A DNA stretch of 64,000 nucleotides from Verrucomicrobiota bacterium (GTDB lineage: Bacteria; Verrucomicrobiota; Verrucomicrobiia; Limisphaerales; Palsa-1400): NCBI GenBank assembly GCA_049510745.1, contig JBEKYR010000015.1, forward strand, positions 32,001-96,000, given 5' to 3'. The notes under the pieces are model-generated. The model saw only the letters and a list, made by a program, of their open reading frames with translations. It ran no database searches and had not been told where the DNA came from. This document shows, piece by piece, positions 9,170-18,671 of this stretch (position 1 is the stretch's first letter; every line of letters starts with the position of its first letter). The translations under genes and the position numbers were made by a program.

Positions 9170-11614
9170 ATGATTGATTTGAATCCTTCCCGAAATCTGG
9201 CGGCCGAGTCCCCTCATGCCGCTACGAAAACAAAACTACCCATCTTTTTGGGTTTGCTGCTGCTGGCCGCCCCGGCGGCGGTGCAAGCCCAATACGCCTA
9301 CAGCACAAATGCCGATGGCAGCATCTACTCTTACACCACCAACACCGACGGCAGCATCAACATCGCCGGTTACTCCGGACCTCCGTGGGCCGTAACCATT
9401 CCAGCCGACATCAACAACCTGCTGGTCACCAGCGTCGGGGAGAAGGCGTTCATTGATTGCTTTGGTCTGACCAGCGTCACGATTCCCGACAGTGTCACCA
9501 GCATCGGGGTGGGGGCATTCGAATTCTGCGCTGGCCTCACCAGCATCACAATCCCCAGCAGCGTCACCAACATCGGGGCTGGTGCGTTCGAGGCGTGCAG
9601 CAGCCTTGCAGCGATCACGGTGGATCCCAATAACTCGTTTTATAGCGATGTGGATGGAGTGTTGTTCAACCAGAGCCAATCCACGCTTATTGAATATCCG
9701 CCCGGACTGGCCGGAAGTTACAGAATTCCCGGCAGCGTCACCAGCATTGGAGAGGCTGCGTTCGCTGCCACCGGCCTGGCCGGCGTCACGATTCCCGGCA
9801 GCGTTGCCAGCATTGGGCCGGATGCGTTCGGAGACTGCTACGGCCTGATCAGCGTCACCATTCCTGGCAGCGTTACCAACATCGGGGATAACGCGTTCTT
9901 TGGTTGCTCCAGTCTTACCAGTATTACGATTCCCGGCAGCGTCGCCAGCATCGGTGCGGAGGCGTTCTACGAATGCTCCACGCTGAGAAGCGTCACGCTG
10001 TCCAACGGCCTGAGCACCATTGGGTTCCAAGCGTTCTATCAATGCTCCCAGTTGACCAGCGTCACCATTCCCGGCAGCGTTGCCAGCATCGGTGAGGAAG
10101 CGTTCGCGGGCTGCACCAGCCTTACTAACGTCACGATGGCCGACGGCATCGCCAGCATCGGGGATTATGCGTTCGATGCCTGCTCCAGCCTTATTAACGT
10201 CACGATTCCCGGGAGCGTCACCAACATTGGGACGGATGCGTTCTACGAGTGCAGTCGCCTGACCAGCGTCTATTTCACGGGAAACGCTCCCGCGGCTGAT
10301 GGAGGTCTGTTCTCTGGTTCGGTGACGGCCTATTATTTGCCTGGCACCACCGGCTGGAGTTCCCCCTTTGCCGGCATCCTGGCGGAAGAGGTGCAAACTC
10401 CATACAGCTTCACCATAAATGCCGATACCACGATCACAATTACCGGTTACACAGCGCTTGCCGGCACTGTGGCCATTCCAGCCACTTTGATCGGTCTGCC
10501 TGTCTCCAGCATCGGGCCTGAGGCGTTCCTTAGCAACACAAGTCTGACTGGCGTGACCATCCCCGCCAGCGTCACAACCATCGGAAGCGGTGCGTTCGAG
10601 GGATGCGCCGGTCTGAGCCGTGTCACAATTCTCGGAAACATTGCCAGCCTCGCAGAGGATATGTTCAAGGGCTGCACCAGCCTGACGAGCCTCTATTTCG
10701 CGGGTAACGCTCCGGTGGCTGATTTAACTGTGTTCGCTGGTGACAACAACGTGACAGGGTATTACTTGGCGGGCGCCACAGGCTGGAGTTCGCCTTTTGC
10801 CGGAATTCCGGTAGAGGACGTGGAAATCCCATACGGTTTCACGATAAATGCAGGGCAGACTGTCACCATTAATGATTACACCGGGCCTGGAGGTGCTGTG
10901 GCTCTTCCGGCGGCCATCCTCGGGCTGCCCGTTGCCATCATCGGGCCTGATGCGTTCCTAAACAACACAAACCTGACCAGCGTCACGATTCCCGGCAGCG
11001 TCACCAACATCGGGGAGGCTGCGTTCGAGGGTTGCACCAAGCTGACCGGCGTGACCATCCCCGCAAGCGTCACCAACATCGGGAATTATGCGTTCCAGTG
11101 GTGCATCAATCTGACCGGCGTGACCATCCCCGCAAGCGTCACCAACATCGGGAATTATGCGTTCCAGTGGTGCACCAATCTGACCGGCGTGACCATCCCA
11201 GCCAGCGTCACCTTCATCGGGTTGGGTGCGTTCGAGTTCTGTCCGAACCTGACCAGCGTCTATTTCAAGGGCAACGCTCCCGGCCTTATTCGCCAAGGAA
11301 TAGGCCTCGCGGGGACCGCTTATTATTTGCCTGGCACTACCGGCTGGAACTCCACTTATTCCGGCGTGCCAGCGGTCCTGTGGAACCCGCTGATCCAGGT
11401 GGGCGGGGCGAATTTTGGGGTGCAGAACAATCAATTCGGTTTCAACATCACCGGCACCAACAATTTCACGGTCGTGGTGGCAGCCTGCACCAATCTGGCC
11501 GGTGCGGTTTGGGTTCCGCTCACCACCAACACGCTTGTCAACGGCTCGTTCCATTTCAGCGATCCGCAGTGGACGAATTACTCCCATCGTTACTACAGCC
11601 TCCAAATGCCATGA
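9170..11614 (+). CDS. Secreted BspA-type LRR protein 3 (three LRR modules)
   Basis: Same repeats and C-terminal domain, plus two extra capped modules (PYSFTINAD.../PYGFTINAG...). Confidence 0.93.
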   Translation: MIDLNPSRNLAAESPHAATKTKLPIFLGLLLLAAPAAVQAQYAYSTNADGSIYSYTTNTDGSINIAGYSGPPWAVTIPADINNLLVTSVGEKAFIDCFGLTSVTIPDSVTSIGVGAFEFCAGLTSITIPSSVTNIGAGAFEACSSLAAITVDPNNSFYSDVDGVLFNQSQSTLIEYPPGLAGSYRIPGSVTSIGEAAFAATGLAGVTIPGSVASIGPDAFGDCYGLISVTIPGSVTNIGDNAFFGCSSLTSITIPGSVASIGAEAFYECSTLRSVTLSNGLSTIGFQAFYQCSQLTSVTIPGSVASIGEEAFAGCTSLTNVTMADGIASIGDYAFDACSSLINVTIPGSVTNIGTDAFYECSRLTSVYFTGNAPAADGGLFSGSVTAYYLPGTTGWSSPFAGILAEEVQTPYSFTINADTTITITGYTALAGTVAIPATLIGLPVSSIGPEAFLSNTSLTGVTIPASVTTIGSGAFEGCAGLSRVTILGNIASLAEDMFKGCTSLTSLYFAGNAPVADLTVFAGDNNVTGYYLAGATGWSSPFAGIPVEDVEIPYGFTINAGQTVTINDYTGPGGAVALPAAILGLPVAIIGPDAFLNNTNLTSVTIPGSVTNIGEAAFEGCTKLTGVTIPASVTNIGNYAFQWCINLTGVTIPASVTNIGNYAFQWCTNLTGVTIPASVTFIGLGAFEFCPNLTSVYFKGNAPGLIRQGIGLAGTAYYLPGTTGWNSTYSGVPAVLWNPLIQVGGANFGVQNNQFGFNITGTNNFTVVVAACTNLAGAVWVPLTTNTLVNGSFHFSDPQWTNYSHRYYSLQMP
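11042..11200 (+). repeat. 69-bp near-perfect tandem duplication of one LRR unit
   Basis: CTGACCGGCGTGACCATCCCCGCAAGCGTCACCAACATCGGGAATTATGCGTTCCAGTGGTGCAyCAAT twice, followed by the start of a third copy. Confidence 0.9.
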
Positions 11615-11662
11615 GACGATATTCTCTCGCGCAACGCCGGCGAATCCTGTAATTGTCGCCGG

Positions 11663-12232
11663 TTGAGCGACGTTACCCGCATTCTTGCGTCCATCGAGCA
11701 CGGCGACCCGAAGGCCGCGGATCAACTGCTGCCGCTGGTCTATGGCGAACTGCGCAAGCTGGCGGCCTCCAAAATGGGGCGTGAATCGCCCAACCAGACG
11801 TTGCAACCCACCGCGCTGGTGCATGAGGCCTGGCAGCGGTTGGTGGGTGAGGGCAATCCGCAATTTGCCAATCGCGCACATTTTTTCGCCGCCGCAGCCG
11901 AGGCCATGCGCCGCATTCTCATTAACAATGCCCTCCGCAAGCGTGCGGTTCGTCACGGCGGCGGCCAGCAGCGCGTGGACATGGAGGGTGTTTTGGAAGT
12001 TGCCGCGCCGTGTGACGACGACGAACTCATCGCCGTGAACGAGGCGCTCGACAAGCTCACCGCAACCCATCCCGTCCAGGCCGAGGTGGTGAAGCTGCGC
12101 TATTTTGTGGGCATGACCAACGTGGAAACGGCCCAGGCCCTGGGCCTCTCCGAGCGCACCGTCAAGAATTATTGGACCCACGCCCGCATCTGGCTCTTCC
12201 GTGAAATCAACGCCGCTCGAACAACCAGGTAA
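11663..12232 (+). CDS. ECF RNA polymerase sigma factor, TIGR02999-like (kinase-associated)
   Basis: MSDVTRILASIEHGDPKAADQLLPLVYGELRKLA...QTLQPTALVHEAW...HFFAAAAEAMRRILI...VVKLRYFVG; TTG start. Confidence 0.93.
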   Translation: MSDVTRILASIEHGDPKAADQLLPLVYGELRKLAASKMGRESPNQTLQPTALVHEAWQRLVGEGNPQFANRAHFFAAAAEAMRRILINNALRKRAVRHGGGQQRVDMEGVLEVAAPCDDDELIAVNEALDKLTATHPVQAEVVKLRYFVGMTNVETAQALGLSERTVKNYWTHARIWLFREINAARTTR

Positions 12233-12332
12233 TATTTCATGGTGCAAGAAATGCACCGTCAGCCTGCGGCATCGCCGCCCGAAGAAGTCGGCAACTGGCC
12301 GAACTTAACCACCAATCTGCAATTTCTGTTTC

Positions 12333-12644
12333 CTGCGGGAGCGAATTGAGGACATTCCCCTTCTGGCGAGTCATTTCATCGATATCTCAGTCCGGGAGCT
12401 TAAATGCGCGCGGCCCCGCCTGACGCGTGCCGCACTCACCAACTTGCGGTGCTACAATTGGCCTGGAAACGTTCGGGAATTGCGCAATGTGATCGAACGG
12501 GCAGTGATCCTTGCCCGCGGTGGTGCCTTGAGATTCGAGCTTCCCGCAACCAACTCTCCGGCTTCCGCCTCACGCTTGGTGGCTCAAGCTAAGTCGCAAG
12601 ACAGTTCAGGTGCTGCGCCGAAACTGCTGAGATGCGCGCGTTAG
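12333..12644 (+). pseudogene. Fragment of a sigma54-dependent activator (AAA+ C-terminal lid)
   Basis: LRERIEDIPLLASHF...YNWPGNVRELRNVIERAVIL. No Walker A, GAFTGA or HTH. Confidence 0.8.
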
Positions 12645-13003
12645 GGCACGATGACCACCGTGTCTCCGGCTTCCAACGGCATGTCCTCGTGGTGCAGCAA
12701 ATCGATCCCTTTGAAGTCGCCGACGACCTGGCCGTTGCGCAGCACCCGGACGACCATCGGGTTCATAAAGCCGGTATAGACAGCGATGGCAACGGCGCGG
12801 CTCAACATCAGGCCCTCCTCCCAGGGCACGACCGGGTTTTGCACCGGACCCTGGACGAAGACGGCCGGGTTTTGCGGGTCCATCTGGCGGGATTGTTGCT
12901 GGGCGGCAAGGTAGGCCTGGTGCGCCTCCCATTGCGCCTTTTTCTTGCTGACACACCCGGTGGCCGGAAGGATCAGGATCAGGATTAAAATTAGGAACTG
13001 CAT
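12641..13003 (-). CDS. Small lipoprotein with SLBB/beta-grasp-like domain
   Basis: MQFLILILILILPATGC lipobox; VFVQGPVQNP...LEAGDTVVI. Confidence 0.65.
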   Translation of the reverse strand: MQFLILILILILPATGCVSKKKAQWEAHQAYLAAQQQSRQMDPQNPAVFVQGPVQNPVVPWEEGLMLSRAVAIAVYTGFMNPMVVRVLRNGQVVGDFKGIDLLHHEDMPLEAGDTVVIVP

Positions 13004-13023
13004 TCGGTCAGCCTCCGCCTGGG

Positions 13024-13506
13024 TCAACAACTGGTCGGAACTTCCTGTAAAACCTCAACGCAATGCGGGACCGCCGCCGCCACAAAACTCAAGCACTCGA
13101 CGGCGCCGCTCGGTTTGCCCGGCAGGCAGATCACCAGGGATTTGTCCACCACGGCGGCCAGGTTGCGGGAGAGGATCGCGTTGGGGGTGAGCTTCATCGA
13201 TTCCAGGCGCATGACTTCGCCGAAACCGGGCAATTCGCGGGCGGCGATTTCCCGCACGGCTTCCGGCGTGACGTCGCGCAAGGAGACGCCCGTGCCGCCG
13301 GTGGTCAGGATCACATGGCACCCTTGGTTGATCTGCCCGCGAATCGCCCGCTGGATGTCGCGCTTTTCGTCCGCCACCAGCGCTTCGGCCAGAACTTCCC
13401 AGCCGTGGCCTGCCGCCGCCTGGCGCAAGGCCGGCCCGCCCAGGTCGTCGTAGAGGCCGCGCGCGGCGCGGTCGGAAACGGTGATGATGCCGGCGGCGAT
13501 ACGCAT
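13024..13506 (-). CDS. mog: Molybdopterin adenylyltransferase MogA/MoaB
   Basis: ITVSDRAARG.YDD.GGP, LTTGGTGVSLRDVTPEA, ICLPGKP. Confidence 0.9.
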   Translation of the reverse strand: MRIAAGIITVSDRAARGLYDDLGGPALRQAAAGHGWEVLAEALVADEKRDIQRAIRGQINQGCHVILTTGGTGVSLRDVTPEAVREIAARELPGFGEVMRLESMKLTPNAILSRNLAAVVDKSLVICLPGKPSGAVECLSFVAAAVPHCVEVLQEVPTSC

Positions 13507-13964
13507 CAGGTCTTTCGTTTTGACACCAAGGCGATGCCGGTGATGCGCATGGTTTTGTCCAGCGCCTTGCACATGTCATAGACCGTCAGCGCCGCCACGC
13601 TGACGGCGGTCAGGGCTTCCATCTCCACCCCGGTCGAGGCGGTGATGCGGGCGGCGGCCCGGATCACGACGCGGTCGCGCGAGGGCGGAATCTCGAACTC
13701 GACCGCGCAATGGCTGATATTCAGCGGGTGGCACAGTGGGATCAGGTCGCCGGTCTTTTTCGCCGCCATGATGCCGGCCAGGCGCGCGGTGGCGAAAACA
13801 TTGCCCTTGGCCACGGCGTTCCGCTCGATGGCCTCGAGGGTGGCGCGCTTCAGGCGAATCTCGCCCCGCGCCACCGCCTCGCGGCTGGCAGGCGGTTTGG
13901 CGGAAACGTCCACCATGTTGATTTCGCCTCGCGCGTCCAAATGGGACAGCTTTTTCATTGTCAT
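13506..13964 (-). CDS. moaC: Cyclic pyranopterin monophosphate synthase
   Basis: LSHLD...MVDVSAK, AGIMAAKKTGDLIPLCH, TGVEMEAL, YDMCKA. Confidence 0.96.
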   Translation of the reverse strand: MTMKKLSHLDARGEINMVDVSAKPPASREAVARGEIRLKRATLEAIERNAVAKGNVFATARLAGIMAAKKTGDLIPLCHPLNISHCAVEFEIPPSRDRVVIRAAARITASTGVEMEALTAVSVAALTVYDMCKALDKTMRITGIALVSKRKT

Positions 13965-14034
13965 GCGTCACCGAAGGCCGGGAAACGGACGCGCTGCGGC
14001 GCGACCCTGCCACCCAAAACCGGGGCCTTCCTTT

Positions 14035-14805
14035 TCATCGGCCCTCCGGGTGAACCACGCTCTCCTTCCATTCCACCACGGCGGTGCGCATTTGTTCCGC
14101 GAAATGCCAGTTTTTTTTGACATGCCTGGGAATGGAACTCGGCGACGTGCCCAGCAAATCCGTCGTCACCAGGATTTCCCCGTCGCACCCCGGCCCGGAA
14201 CCGATGCCGATGGTCGGGACGGAAACGGCGGCGGTCATTTCCCGCGCGACAGGGGCGGTGACCAATTCCAGCACGATGCCAAACGCCCCGGCGTCCGCCA
14301 CCGCAATCGCATCCGCGAGCAACGCCTGCCGTTCCGGCTCGGTTTTGCCTTTGACATGGTAGCCGCCCTCGGCCACCACGTTTTGGGGGAGCATTCCCAG
14401 ATGACCCAGCAGCGGGATGCCGTCGGCCAGAATCGCCTGGATTTGCGGCAGCATGCCGCGGCCGCCTTCGATCTTGACCGCTTCGGCCCCTGCCGCGGCC
14501 AGCCGGCGGGCGTTCTCCACCGCGCTGGCGGGAGTGGCGCAACTGCCAAAGGGCAGGTCGGCGGCCAGCAGCGCTTCGGGCCGGGCGCGCGCCACCGCCC
14601 GCACGTGATGTTCCATGTCGGCCATGGTCACGTGCGTCGTGTCCGGGTAGCCGAGCACGACCATGCCCACCGAATCGCCCACCAGCAGCAACGGGATGCC
14701 GGTCCCTTCGAACATCCGGGCCATGGCAAAATCATAAACCGTCAGGGCCGCCAGGCGCTGGCGGCCTTTGAGCGCGCGAATCTGTCTGATCTTGTCGGAA
14801 TTCAT
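14035..14805 (-). CDS. panB: 3-methyl-2-oxobutanoate hydroxymethyltransferase
   Basis: LTVYD, LLVGDSVGMVVLG, ADLPFGS, VKIEGG, GHLG, TIGIGSG. Confidence 0.95.
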   Translation of the reverse strand: MNSDKIRQIRALKGRQRLAALTVYDFAMARMFEGTGIPLLLVGDSVGMVVLGYPDTTHVTMADMEHHVRAVARARPEALLAADLPFGSCATPASAVENARRLAAAGAEAVKIEGGRGMLPQIQAILADGIPLLGHLGMLPQNVVAEGGYHVKGKTEPERQALLADAIAVADAGAFGIVLELVTAPVAREMTAAVSVPTIGIGSGPGCDGEILVTTDLLGTSPSSIPRHVKKNWHFAEQMRTAVVEWKESVVHPEGR

Positions 14806-14812
14806 CACAGCG

Positions 14813-15844
14813 TCAGTCGCGGCGAAAGCTCCCCACCAATTCATCGGGCGTCACCGTCGCGGTGCCCAGCTTGCCGACGACGATCCCGGCCGCGTGATTG
14901 GAGAGAATGGCCGCCTCCAGGGGCGACGCTCCGGCCGCAATGGCCAGCGTGAAGGTGGCGATCACCGTATCACCCGCGCCGGAAACATCGAACACCTCGC
15001 GGGCCTCCGTCGGGATCAAGAGCGGACGCTGTCCGCGCTGGCAGAGCAGCATCCCGTGTTCGCCCAGGGTGATGAGGAGCAGGGCGGGCTGCAAATCGTC
15101 CAGCAATTTTTCCGCCACCCGCAACAGCGCGTCATCCTGCTCCGGCGCCGTGCCCAGCGCGGTGTCCAGGACGCCGGCCATTTCAAAGGCCTCCTTGCGG
15201 TTGGGGGTCAGCAGGGAAACGCGGGACAAATCCAGGCGATGGGCCGGTTTTGGGTCCACACTCAACCAGACGCCACGCTGCCGGCAGAGCGTTCGGGCTC
15301 CGTTGAGCAGGGTCTGGGTCATCACTCCCTTGGCGTAATCCCCCAGAATGACGGCGTCGCCCGCTTTGAGGCCGCGCTCCAATGCGGCCAGCAACCGCCG
15401 GGTCGTGGACTCATCGACGTAAAGGCGCGTTTCACGATCGACCCGCACGACTTGCTGGCGATGGGCGATGATGCGCGTTTTGATGCTGGTGACCCGTTCC
15501 GGGCACGGCAACAACCCCGCGCAGCCTATGCCGTCGCGCTGGAGAATCCGCCGCAATTGCGCCGCTGTCTCGTCCTCGCCCACCGCGCCGAGCAAATCGG
15601 TGGCGACGCCCAAGTGGGCCAGGGTCCGCGCCACGTTGCCCGCGCCCCCGGCCATGAAGCTCTCCCGCTCGAACTCGACCACCGGCACCGGCGCTTCCGG
15701 CGAAATGCGCCCGACTCTCCCCCAGACAAACTGGTCCAGCATCACGTCGCCCAGCACCAGGATGCGCGCCCGGCGCGCCACGGCCAGCAATCGGCGCACC
15801 CGCGCCAGGCCCGGTCCGGGCGACTTTAAAATTTGTGCTTTCAT
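14813..15844 (-). CDS. rfaE: Heptose-7-phosphate kinase (RfaE domain I, PfkB family)
   Basis: GDVMLD...RISPEAPVPVV, GGAGNVA, DYAKG, LTPN, EVFDVSGAGDTV. Confidence 0.92.
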   Translation of the reverse strand: MKAQILKSPGPGLARVRRLLAVARRARILVLGDVMLDQFVWGRVGRISPEAPVPVVEFERESFMAGGAGNVARTLAHLGVATDLLGAVGEDETAAQLRRILQRDGIGCAGLLPCPERVTSIKTRIIAHRQQVVRVDRETRLYVDESTTRRLLAALERGLKAGDAVILGDYAKGVMTQTLLNGARTLCRQRGVWLSVDPKPAHRLDLSRVSLLTPNRKEAFEMAGVLDTALGTAPEQDDALLRVAEKLLDDLQPALLLITLGEHGMLLCQRGQRPLLIPTEAREVFDVSGAGDTVIATFTLAIAAGASPLEAAILSNHAAGIVVGKLGTATVTPDELVGSFRRD

Positions 15845-15868
15845 GTTCAAATCAGTCAGCGATGCTCA

Positions 15869-16654
15869 TCAATCCAGGAACGCCGTCAGCGGGCTGGTCG
15901 CGCTCGCCGTCGATCCCGCCGCAGCCAGTCCGACCTCGTAAGCGTCGCGTCCGCATTGCACCGCCGCCGCAAACGCCCGCGCCATCCGGCAAGGGTCCTC
16001 GGAGACGGCGATGGCCGTGTTGACCAGGACGGCGTCGGCCCCCATTTCCATCGCTTCCGCGGCGTGGCTGGGCCGGCCAAGGCCGGCATCGACCACCACT
16101 GGAACGGTGGCTTGATCGATGATGATGCGAATCTGGTCGCGGGTTTCCAAGCCGCGATTGGAGCCAATCGGCGAGCCGAGCGGCATGACCGTCGCCGTGC
16201 CGGCGTCCTGCAACCGCTTGGCCAGGACCGGGTCGGCGTTGATGTACGGCAGGACGACAAAGCCTTCGCGCACCAGAATTTCCGCGGCGGCCAGAGTCTC
16301 AATCGGATCGGGCAGCAGATAGCGCGGGTCGGGGTGAATTTCCAATTTGATCCATTTGGGCAATCCGGCGGCGGCGGCCAGGCGGGCCAGGCGGACGGCT
16401 TCGGCGGCGTTGCTGGCGCCGCTGGTATTGGGCAAAACCAGGTAGCGTTTCGGGTCGATGAATTCGAGGATATTGGCGAACGGATCGCGGCGTCCGCTCA
16501 AGTCGGCCCGGCGCAGGGCGACGGTCACGATCTCCGTGCCGCTGGCGGCCAGCGCGTCGCGCATCAATTCCGGCGACGAGAATTTCCCCGTGCCGACCAG
16601 CAGCCGGGAGCCAAACTCTTTGCCGGCGATTTGAAATGTCGTCGTCTCGTTCAA
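15869..16654 (-). CDS. thiG: Thiazole synthase
   Basis: [51 protein letters not shown]. Confidence 0.96.
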   Translation of the reverse strand: MNETTTFQIAGKEFGSRLLVGTGKFSSPELMRDALAASGTEIVTVALRRADLSGRRDPFANILEFIDPKRYLVLPNTSGASNAAEAVRLARLAAAAGLPKWIKLEIHPDPRYLLPDPIETLAAAEILVREGFVVLPYINADPVLAKRLQDAGTATVMPLGSPIGSNRGLETRDQIRIIIDQATVPVVVDAGLGRPSHAAEAMEMGADAVLVNTAIAVSEDPCRMARAFAAAVQCGRDAYEVGLAAAGSTASATSPLTAFLD

Positions 16655-16878
16655 CGTTCAAAACGCCAAGGATGGGGTGACGGCCTGCAAGTTTAAAGTT
16701 TAAAAGTTTGGCAAACGTCTTGCACAGCCAGTAAATGCGGCTGGATGGTTCTGCTTCCAAAGGGGAAAAACTTAGAATTGCTTGCACGAGAAATAACTGT
16801 CATTAATTACGTTTATTAGCGTTTGTAATTACATGGCACGATCTTGCGTTATCGATATACTTCCGTTTTAATTGCGCC

Positions 16879-17265
16879 ATGATCGATGCCGTAGGCAAGC
16901 GTCCCCGAACCAAAAGGCCAGCGCTAAATCGCGCTGAAATCTTGCAGCAAGTGAAAACGCCGCTCGGTTTTTATGTGCTGACGCTGTTGATTGTTGAAGG
17001 AACGCTTTCAATCGTTCTCACCTGTTCAAAACTTACCGAAGAACACATTTGGGGCGGGTTCTTGTGGATGATCGGCGTGTTTATTGGCCTCGTCGTTTTG
17101 GTGTCTCTGTTTGTCTGGCTGAAGCCCGAAGGCTTGCTGTTCGAGAAAGATCAGTATTTGCCATCGGAAATCGATCCGTCGGCCTTGCGAGATCAGATTG
17201 AAGATTTGATCTACAAAAACGTAAAACCTGAAAGCTTGCAAAATTCCGGAAACCGAGGAAAATAA
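16879..17265 (+). CDS. Hypothetical 2-TM membrane protein
   Basis: 128 aa with two hydrophobic helices (PLGFYVLTLLIVEGTLSIVL; GFLWMIGVFIGLVVLVSLFVW). Lower GC than its flanks. Confidence 0.75.
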   Translation: MIDAVGKRPRTKRPALNRAEILQQVKTPLGFYVLTLLIVEGTLSIVLTCSKLTEEHIWGGFLWMIGVFIGLVVLVSLFVWLKPEGLLFEKDQYLPSEIDPSALRDQIEDLIYKNVKPESLQNSGNRGK

Positions 17266-17269
17266 GGAC

Positions 17270-17503
17270 ATGCGTTGGCAAGAAACAGTCACCGACCCTG
17301 ACGAAATCAAGGTGTTCACGGCTTTGGACGGTCCTGAAGACACGTGGCGCACGATGAGCGGGATCGCTCGCCAGACGGGATTGAGCGAAGCGCGGGTGGT
17401 TAAAATCCTTGATAAATACAATCTCATGCTCACTCGATTATCTGAAAAACCTTCTGTTTCGGGGTCGGCCCTTGTCGGTTTGATTGAAAAAGTGGGGACG
17501 TAA
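17270..17503 (+). CDS. Small hypothetical winged-HTH protein
   Basis: 77 aa, AAGGA RBS, WRTMSGIARQTGLSEARVVKIL HTH-like segment. Confidence 0.7.
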   Translation: MRWQETVTDPDEIKVFTALDGPEDTWRTMSGIARQTGLSEARVVKILDKYNLMLTRLSEKPSVSGSALVGLIEKVGT

Positions 17504-17793
17504 TCGCGCGCGTCGTTGAGACGCCCCTTTTTTCTTTTCCCCTGTGGGAAAACGAACCGCTGTCGATCACTGGTTTCCTTCGTTTATTTTGGGCATCGCG
17601 AGTACGGCAAGCCGGGGTGAAGGGCTTGAATGTCCTCGATGAGTTCCAGACCATTGTGAGCCAACCCTGACGGCACGCCTCCCCCCGTCGCACCGGGACA
17701 TTCTTGCCTGCTGGCCGCGGGCGGGCTGGCAATTATTTCCAGTTTTTTGACCTTCCCGGCCCAAAACCCGTCGGTTTGGCCCTTTTTGCCGAC

Positions 17794-17809
17794 TGGCACA
17801 TCGACTGCT
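17794..17809 (+). promoter_or_regulatory. Sigma54 (-24/-12) promoter of the flagellar cluster
   Basis: TGGCACATCGACTGCT with correct GG-N10-GC spacing, 22 bp before the flgB ATG. Confidence 0.75.
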
Positions 17810-17831
17810 AATGGGTGGAGATCTTGTAACG

Positions 17832-18212
17832 ATGATCGACGCGTTATTTACAAATTCGGAATACGTGGCCGCCAAGAAAATGCTGGATGTCTCGCTGCTG
17901 CGCCACCAAGCCATTGCCAGCAACTTGGCCAACATCGAAACGCCCAATTACAAGCGTCTGGATGTCTCCCCCTCCTTCGAAGCGCAATTGTCCCAGGCCG
18001 TCGCCAGCCAGAATCCCGAAGCCATCGCCAGCCTCCAGCCGCGATTGGCGGTCGATACGACGGCCATCTCCGGACGGGCTGACGGGAACACGGTCCTGTT
18101 GGAAACAGAGATGGTCAAACTCAACCAAAACACCCTGGAAAACAGCGTGGAAACCCAATTGATCAGCACTTCCCTGGCCCGGCTGCGCATGGCCGTGACC
18201 GGCAAAAGCTGA
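17832..18212 (+). CDS. flgB: Flagellar rod protein FlgB
   Basis: RHQAIASNLANIETPNYK...RADGNTV...EM. Confidence 0.93.
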   Translation: MIDALFTNSEYVAAKKMLDVSLLRHQAIASNLANIETPNYKRLDVSPSFEAQLSQAVASQNPEAIASLQPRLAVDTTAISGRADGNTVLLETEMVKLNQNTLENSVETQLISTSLARLRMAVTGKS

Positions 18213-18221
18213 TTTACTTTT

Positions 18222-18656
18222 ATGATCAGTCTCCTCACCGGCATTGAAAGCACCGCCTCCGCGTTGGACGCCGAGCGCATCCGCATGGATGTCATCTCGC
18301 AAAACATCGCCAACGCCAACACCACCAAGGGCGCGGACGGCAAACCTTATCAGCGGCAGGAAGTTGTTTTTGAAACGGTCCTGCGCGCCCAACAGGATTC
18401 CAACGGCGCGACTTCCGGCCCGCAATCCGTCCAAATCGCCCGCATCCAAAAGGATTCCCGCCCGCCGCGCCTGGTCTATAACCCCGGCCACCCCGACGCC
18501 GATTCCAACGGGATGGTCGCCATGCCGGACATCAATATCCACCGGGAGATGGTCGATATGATTGCTTCCTCGCGCTCCTACGAAGCCAACCTGGCCGTGG
18601 TCAAGAACGCCCGGGCCATGGCCCTGCAGGCGCTTTCCATCGCCAAACATTCCTAA
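18222..18656 (+). CDS. flgC: Flagellar rod protein FlgC
   Basis: RMDVISQNIANANTT, YNPGHPDAD, EMVDMIASSRSYEAN. Confidence 0.96.
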   Translation: MISLLTGIESTASALDAERIRMDVISQNIANANTTKGADGKPYQRQEVVFETVLRAQQDSNGATSGPQSVQIARIQKDSRPPRLVYNPGHPDADSNGMVAMPDINIHREMVDMIASSRSYEANLAVVKNARAMALQALSIAKHS

Positions 18657-18671
18657 GCCGCCGACCGCTGA

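Noticed and set aside
5065..11614. Regular ~66-69-bp repeats resembling a CRISPR array or DGR target
   Set aside because: The repeats are in-frame LRR codons. There are no cas genes, no reverse transcriptase and no adenine-specific template/variable pair visible.
12969..12988. AGGATC short repeats as a phase-variation tract
   Set aside because: Only about three in-frame 6-bp units encoding the ILILIL signal peptide.
16834..16847. TGGCACGATCTTGC as a sigma54 promoter
   Set aside because: GG-to-GC spacing is 9 rather than the required 10.
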